Below, one piece after another: positions 58,446-64,000 of a stretch of 64,000 bases of DNA; the first letter of the stretch is position 1, and each line of letters starts with the position of its first letter. The notes under the pieces are model-generated. The model had not been told where the DNA came from. It made no database searches and saw nothing but the letters and a program-made list of their open reading frames with translations. Made by a program: the position numbers and the translations under genes. Origin of the DNA: Blastocladiella emersonii ATCC 22665 (lineage: Eukaryota; Fungi; Blastocladiomycota); contig JANHCV010000006.1 in assembly GCA_025594325.1 (NCBI GenBank), forward strand, positions 1,240,001 to 1,304,000, given 5' to 3'.

Positions 58446-61400
58446 ATGAATCTTGCCACTATGATCCGCGGGGCGCGGCGGTCGCCTGGGACACGACGGT
58501 GCAGCCTGCTTGCCGCGCTCGTCGTGGCCACGGCCGTGTTGCTTCTCGTTTCGACCGCCCAGGCACTCAAAGTCCGGTTGGTTTCTGATGCCAATGTAAC
58601 AGAACCCTTCGCTGCGCAGGCGCTGCGCGGGTGCACGGCGATAGCAAGCGTCAATCCGGACGTGACTTGCAGCTTCTCGTTTGTCTCCGATGTGCTCTTG
58701 CCCGATGAAATGTACTCGACGTGGATGGACATTGTCCGCAACTGTACGACTTTGTTCATTGCTCATGACATCGATTGACCGTACATTCGCTATTGTAGCC
58801 AGCGACGACGTTTTCATTGGTCCAATCTACGTCTACGTCAACGTTATGTTGGTGCTCGCCGACAAGTACCCGGACAAGATCTTTGTCGCTGTCGACTCGT
58901 CTATCACGCCGCCCAAGGACAACGTCATGGGCGTTGTCTTCGCCGAGGACCAGGCCGGCTACCTCGCCGGCGCGCTCGCGGGCGTGTTCAGCAGCGCCAA
59001 AAAGGTCGGCGTTATTGGCGGCGTTCCGATTCCGTACGTTTGCGAGCGATTACGGCCGTGAGCAACGCTCACTCACAGCGCGCACACGTAGTCCAGTCAA
59101 GCGGTTCGTCAACGGCTACCTCGCCGGTGTCCTGTCGGTATGTCCGACGTGCGAGGTGTACTCGACGTACCGTCCGAGCTTCGACAACTCGACGGTCGGC
59201 CAGCTCGCGGCGCGGTCGCTGATCGCGCAGGGCGCCGACGTGATCTTTGGCGCGGGCGGCGGGATGGGCAGCGCGGGCATTCTAGAGGCGGCGCGCAACC
59301 GCGTCTTCGCGATCGGCGTCGACTCGAACGAGGCGCTGACCACGTTCAAGGACCTGCCCGAAATCGACTTCCTGCTGTCGACGGCCGAGAAGAAAATGGA
59401 CGTGGCCATCTCGAGCGCCATCGCGTCGATCCTCTCGGGAAAGCGCGGCGGGTTCAACCTCGTCCTTGACGCGAGTCTGGGCGGCACCGGGCTCGTCGCG
59501 CCGTTCAACTCGACCGCGCTGCACAATTTCTCGACCCCCGTCACCGTGCTGATGAAGAACCCGTACGACGTGTGCGAGACCGCGTCCTTTTTGCCTCGAT
59601 CGACGATCCTGACCTTGATCAACAACTCGCTGAAGAGCAAGCTCACCTTCACTTCCGTGGTGCCCGCGTCGGGCGACGTGCAGCCGCTCACGACTTTCGC
59701 CAACAAATCGTGGGTCGACATGGCGCCGTTTGGCCAGCGCAACAGCATGCCTGCGGGTACGCAGGGCCTCGGCGCGGCCGTGGTCGGCGGCAACCGCATT
59801 CTCGCGTGGGGCGGTCAGACCGCGTTCGGCGAGCACCCGACGGCCATGATGGCGCTCGATTTCGACAGCTTCACGTGGACCCAGGTGGCCGACGCGAGCT
59901 CGGTCAAGCCGACGGGCCGCGCGTTCCACGCGCTCGGGTTCGACGCGGCGGGCGGCAACATCTGGATCTACGGCGGGCAGTCGGCGTCGAGCGTGCTCGG
60001 CGACACGTGGAAGTACTCGGTTGCGACAGCGACGTGGACGGCCGTGACGCCGGCGACGAGCCCGGGTACTCGGACCAACTTTGCGCACGCGGTGCTCGAC
60101 CGGACGCTGTACGTGTACGGCGGCGTGACGCCGACGGGCGAGATCCAGCGCGATCTGTGGGCGCTCGACATGGCCACGGGCGCGTGGTCGCCGGTCGCGG
60201 CCAAGGGCTCGGTGGTGCCACCCGCGTTGCAGCACGCGGCGCTCGTGGCCGTCAACGGGACGCAGCTGGCGCTGTACGGCGGGACCAACGAGCAAGGGTC
60301 CGTGACCAACGCGCTGTATGTTCTCGACGTGGCGACCATGACGTGGCGCTTCGAGCAGCCGAGCACCCTCAAGACGGGCGCGCCGCCGGCTGCCGAGCGT
60401 ATGCGCGCCGTGTACCTCGACCCGCGCCGCGTCCTGTTCACGGGCGGACTCGGCGCGTCGGGCCCGCTCAACGCGACGTGGGTGTGGAAGATGGACGAGA
60501 GCGAGTGGTCCAACAACGCGTACGGGTCGCTGCCCGCGGCTTTGCACAGCCACGCGCTCGTCACTTTCAACCAGAGCGCGTACGACAAGGCGTGTCAGTA
60601 CTCGGACATGCCCGTGTTCTCGCTGTGCACGCCTGCGACTGTCAACGCTGTCGTCGCCGTCAGCGGCGTCACCAACAGTCCCGGAGGCGGCGTGCTCGTG
60701 TCGTTTGCAAGTCCGGATCCTCCGCCGCCGCCGGTCGGCGTGATTGACGCGGGCGCCAAGTGGGCTGTCACGGTGCTCAACGCGATCGGCCTGCTCCTCG
60801 CGCTCGTGTTAGCCACGTTCCTGTGGGTCAAGCGCGCGCACAAGGTTATCAAAGCGAGCAACATCCGTTTCGCGGCCCTGATCCTGCTTGGCGCGATGCT
60901 CGCGCACATCGGGTTGATCGCGAGCTCGTGGGTCACCGACTCGCGCACGGCCATCATGCTCACCGCTTTCTTGGTCGGATCCGGGTACACGCTCATATTC
61001 AGCGGACTCGTCGTCAAGACGTACGTCATCTACGGGATCTACGCTTCGCGGGGAGCCGCGATGCGTAGTCCGCTCAAGTACCGCGCCGCCGTGGCGTTCG
61101 CTCTCGCTGTTCAGCTGCTTCTCGTCAGCTTGTGGTTCCGGTTTGACGCCAACGACTTATTCTCGATCAGCGTGGGTGGAACCGTGTGGAGCGTGCGATC
61201 CATGGACTCGCACTGGGTACTCTTGTGCGCTTCGCCGGTGATCATTCTCACCATCGCCGGCGTCATTCTCAGCTACAGGACCCGGCAGATCGAGAGCAAG
61301 TTCAACGAGGCCTACTTCATTGCGATCGCGACCTACGTGATTGCTCTCGCGCTCCTCGTCGTCGCCCCCGTCGTGTTGCTTCTGCAGGCGCCGCTTTTAC

Positions 61401-61708
61401 AGTACCTGATCTCGTCGATTGTCGTGGCGCTTGCGACCATCAGCGTCCAGCTCATTTACTTTGCGCACAAGGTGACGGCCGTCTTCGTTCCTGCGTTCAT
61501 GCTGGAAGACGACAGCTTCGTCGCGAGCCAGATCGCCGACAACGAGAGCGCTAACTCGGGCTCTGTGCGATGCAAGTACTGCCGCCAGGTCGTTCCGGGT
61601 GGGCCGAACGCCACTGCGTCGGGCCTGGGAGTACAGCAGAGTAAGAGTAAAGGTGGCGCGGTCGTGTCTGCGCGCCCAGTAATCAGCTCTGTAATTATAG
61701 AGGATTAA
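58446..61708 (+). CDS. Class C (GABA-B/Grl-like) GPCR: BMP-family binding domain + Kelch beta-propeller + 7TM; introns 58744-58798 and 59034-59091
   Basis: Signal peptide. BMP/PnrA motifs LADKYPDKIFVAVD, FAEDQAGYLAGALAG, KVGVIGG, FVNGYLAG, LIAQGADVIF, AIGVDS, STAEKKMD. Six Kelch repeats (e.g. LYVYGG...DLWALDMATGAWS). 7tm_3 hallmarks KVIKAS, LVVKTY, YRTRQIESKFNEA, FAHKV. Confidence 0.88.
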
Positions 61709-61885
61709 TAAATATTTGTCAGCGATATTAAAGTATGTTTGGCGGCTCGCGCAAACTGTGCTCAAACGCGGAGCGCGTTGCGCCACTCACGACGAGCCCA
61801 CGTGGCTGTGATCAACCCGCCGAAATGAGCCAAATGTGGAAGGCGAACGCTCGCCCAGACCCTCGCTCTCCCGGCAGATGCAACC

Positions 61886-62053
61886 ATGGACGAAACGAAT
61901 GAACTTAACTTGCTGCAATGTGCCGGGCTTACGGCGATTCCTACCGAGCTGCTGACGTTGGTCCTGCAGCTCGCTCGCCCGCAGCTCGTCATCTGCACAT
62001 CGGTGCGGGAGCTCCATGTCGTGGCCGGGTCTGCGCTCGTGAAACGTAACTAA
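61886..62053 (+). pseudogene. Truncated N-terminal copy of the dispersed F-box-like family
   Basis: LTAIPTELLTLVLQLARPQLVICTSVRELHVVAGSALVKRN* aligns with the 31142 and 19687 starts; TAA follows VKRN, where the homologs continue VKRIWDRR / VKRVWTRR. Confidence 0.75.
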
Positions 62054-62508
62054 ATTGCTCGGATCCTCGATTGCGGGCCTTCTCGGTCCTGGTCGAGCGA
62101 GTACGAGTCCAGCGAGGGCCACTTTGTCTCGTACAGCGGCGCTCTGCTTGAGTACGACTTCGCGGGCGAGACGAGTCGAGTCGCACCCGGCGACCCTGGT
62201 TTTGATTATGTCACCTCGCTCTTCTCCGCTCTTCATGATCACATTCTCCCCTTGGCTTCGCAGGCCCTCCGATCCTGCACGACTGGAATAGAAAGCCTTG
62301 TTTTGGGGCTCAAGGATTCGATTGCCGATCCGACTACCATCCTTGCCACTTGTATCAGGAGCGGGACAGTATTGCGCGCGTAACATTGCTTCGGATTTGA
62401 TGAACGATACATGGGTGTATCCAGAAGGGTGATGTATCTTTTCGTGCTTTAAAAGCGTAAAGTTGCGATGACCAGCGAGGTTCAATTGTTACAAAGACGC
62501 GAGGGTCG

Positions 62509-63901
62509 TCAACCATCAAAAGCAGCGAGCTTGGCCGCCTCATCCTTGGCGGTAACGCGGCCCTGCCAAATCGACACAGCGCCCTGCTTCCCCTTCCCGC
62601 CGCCACCACGGATCGATGGAAAGGCTTCCGCGGCCCTCGCGATGGCAGACGCGAGCGCGGAGCCAACAGGTCCCACGATCAGGACGGCGCCAGCACCTGA
62701 GTCATCAACGGCGGAGAGGACCGCAGGGGTGGCCATCTTGGGTTCCTTGGACTTGAGCGCATTTGCCATGGCGAGTAGCAAGTCCATGGAAGCCGGCTCC
62801 TCCGAGTGGAACCGGCGAACCGCCACGTCCGCGTCGGCGAGGTGCAGGCGAACGAGCGCGGCCGCCAGCGAGTCGGTCGCGGCCTTGATCTTGCGCTTGT
62901 CAGCGCGCGACGCCTCCACGAGCTTGCCGACCTTGTCCTCGAACTCGGGCGCGCCGCTGGACAGAATGGCCGTGAGCGCCACGTCGCGCGCGTGGGCGAC
63001 GGCCAGGTGCTTGCGCACGCGGTCGCCAAACGCAAAGAAGATGCGCGTGTGGGTTCCGCGGGCGCGCTCGGTCGTCGGGCGCACCGTCACCGATTGGATG
63101 TGCAGCGTGGTGGGCGGATGCGTGCCGCAGCAGAGACTGACGTCGACGTCGCCGATGGTCACGTAGCGAACAATGAGCTCAGCGGCGCCGACAAGGTCGG
63201 CGGGGATGGTCGAGTTGATGATCTGCGAGGGATCCGTTGGCGCCGTCTCCGAGACGGTCACGGCGTGCGCGGCGGCAATGTGCTCGGCCACGCGCGCCTC
63301 GAGCTCCGCCAGCGTCTTGGCGTTGATGGGCTGCGCGGGCACGCCAGGCACGTCGGGCGCCACCTCGATATAAGTCCACTCGGGACCGCACGACCTGGTC
63401 AGGGGAGGAGAGTGTGAGTTACATGCGCGGCTCCAGACAAGCGCAGTTTCGCACGCAAAGCCAATCGTACCAGCTCATGGTTCGCCAACCAAACTCGCGC
63501 TGAGCCACCGCGGACAGGAGGTGCTGGCCGCAATGCTGCTGCATGTTATCCAGCCGACGCGCCCAGTCAACCGTAACCTGGACGGTTGCGCCGGCCTGCA
63601 AGAGCTCGGCCGCAGCATCGTCGGGGACGGCGACAGTGTGGACGGCGGTCGTGCCCTTGCGCTGCACGTCGACGACGTCAAACGTGGCGCCTTGGGCCTC
63701 GAGCTTGCCGTAGTCGGCGGGCTGGCCGCCGCCCTCGGGGAACAGGACCGTGTCTTCGAGGACGACAAGGAGCAAGGCTGAAGCGACGGCGGGCGGCTCG
63801 ACCGACACAATTCGGGTTACCAGTGACCGCGCGAGCGAGTCGCGCTGACAGAGCAGGGTGCCAACCGGTTGAGTCGCGAGGGCAGTCGTTGCAGAGTTCA
63901 T
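62509..63901 (-). CDS. Freestanding alanyl-tRNA editing protein (AlaX/AARSD1-like); intron 63395-63470
   Basis: VLEDTVLFPEGGGQPADYG, RRLDNMQQHCGQHLLSA (HxxxH), SLCCGTH (CxxxH), and a C-terminal GGGGK..QG DHHA1-like tail. Confidence 0.92.
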
Positions 63902-64000
63902 GGCGGAGGGAATTCGGATGCGGCTTGGGCGGCAGCGAGAGCGAGGAAAGAGCAGGACGCGGCTTTCGACGGGATACAGTACCCCCTTGGGCAGGGACGC

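Noticed and set aside
1-64000. tRNA, rRNA and snRNA genes
   Set aside because: No cloverleaf with a properly spaced T-loop and no rRNA or snRNA signature seen by eye; a tRNAscan-SE/Infernal run would be decisive.

Overview
Gene-dense, GC-rich eukaryotic genomic DNA with short GT-AG introns (52-150 nt where I could place them; donors mostly GTACGY/GTGCGY). The fungal-type Atg1, a PACT-domain pericentrin/Pcp1-like protein, a cytochrome b5-acyl-CoA dehydrogenase fusion and a class C GPCR suggest an early-diverging (zoosporic, Blastocladiomycota/chytrid-like) fungus; this is inference. Housekeeping genes: UBC12, NFU1, MRPL6, patatin TAG lipase, EMC1, acyl-CoA dehydrogenase, AP-1 gamma adaptin, flavin reductase-like, ATG1 and an AlaX-type tRNA editing protein. 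Between them lie lower-GC accessory islands: a decaying tandem F-box/RCC1 array, dispersed pseudogenes of a second F-box-like family, a 5'-truncated RT-RNase H LINE and an ABCC fragment. The most notable locus is a BMP-family periplasmic-binding domain + six-bladed Kelch + class C 7TM receptor, head-to-head with an orphan 7TM gene. Other unusual genes: a GH19-like domain on a ~1,100-aa Ser/Thr stalk, a degenerate NodB deacetylase-like protein, a Dx[DN]xDG-repeat protein and a C-type-lectin-like secreted protein. All family calls are from motif recognition by eye, not database searches. No rRNA, tRNA or CRISPR array was seen.
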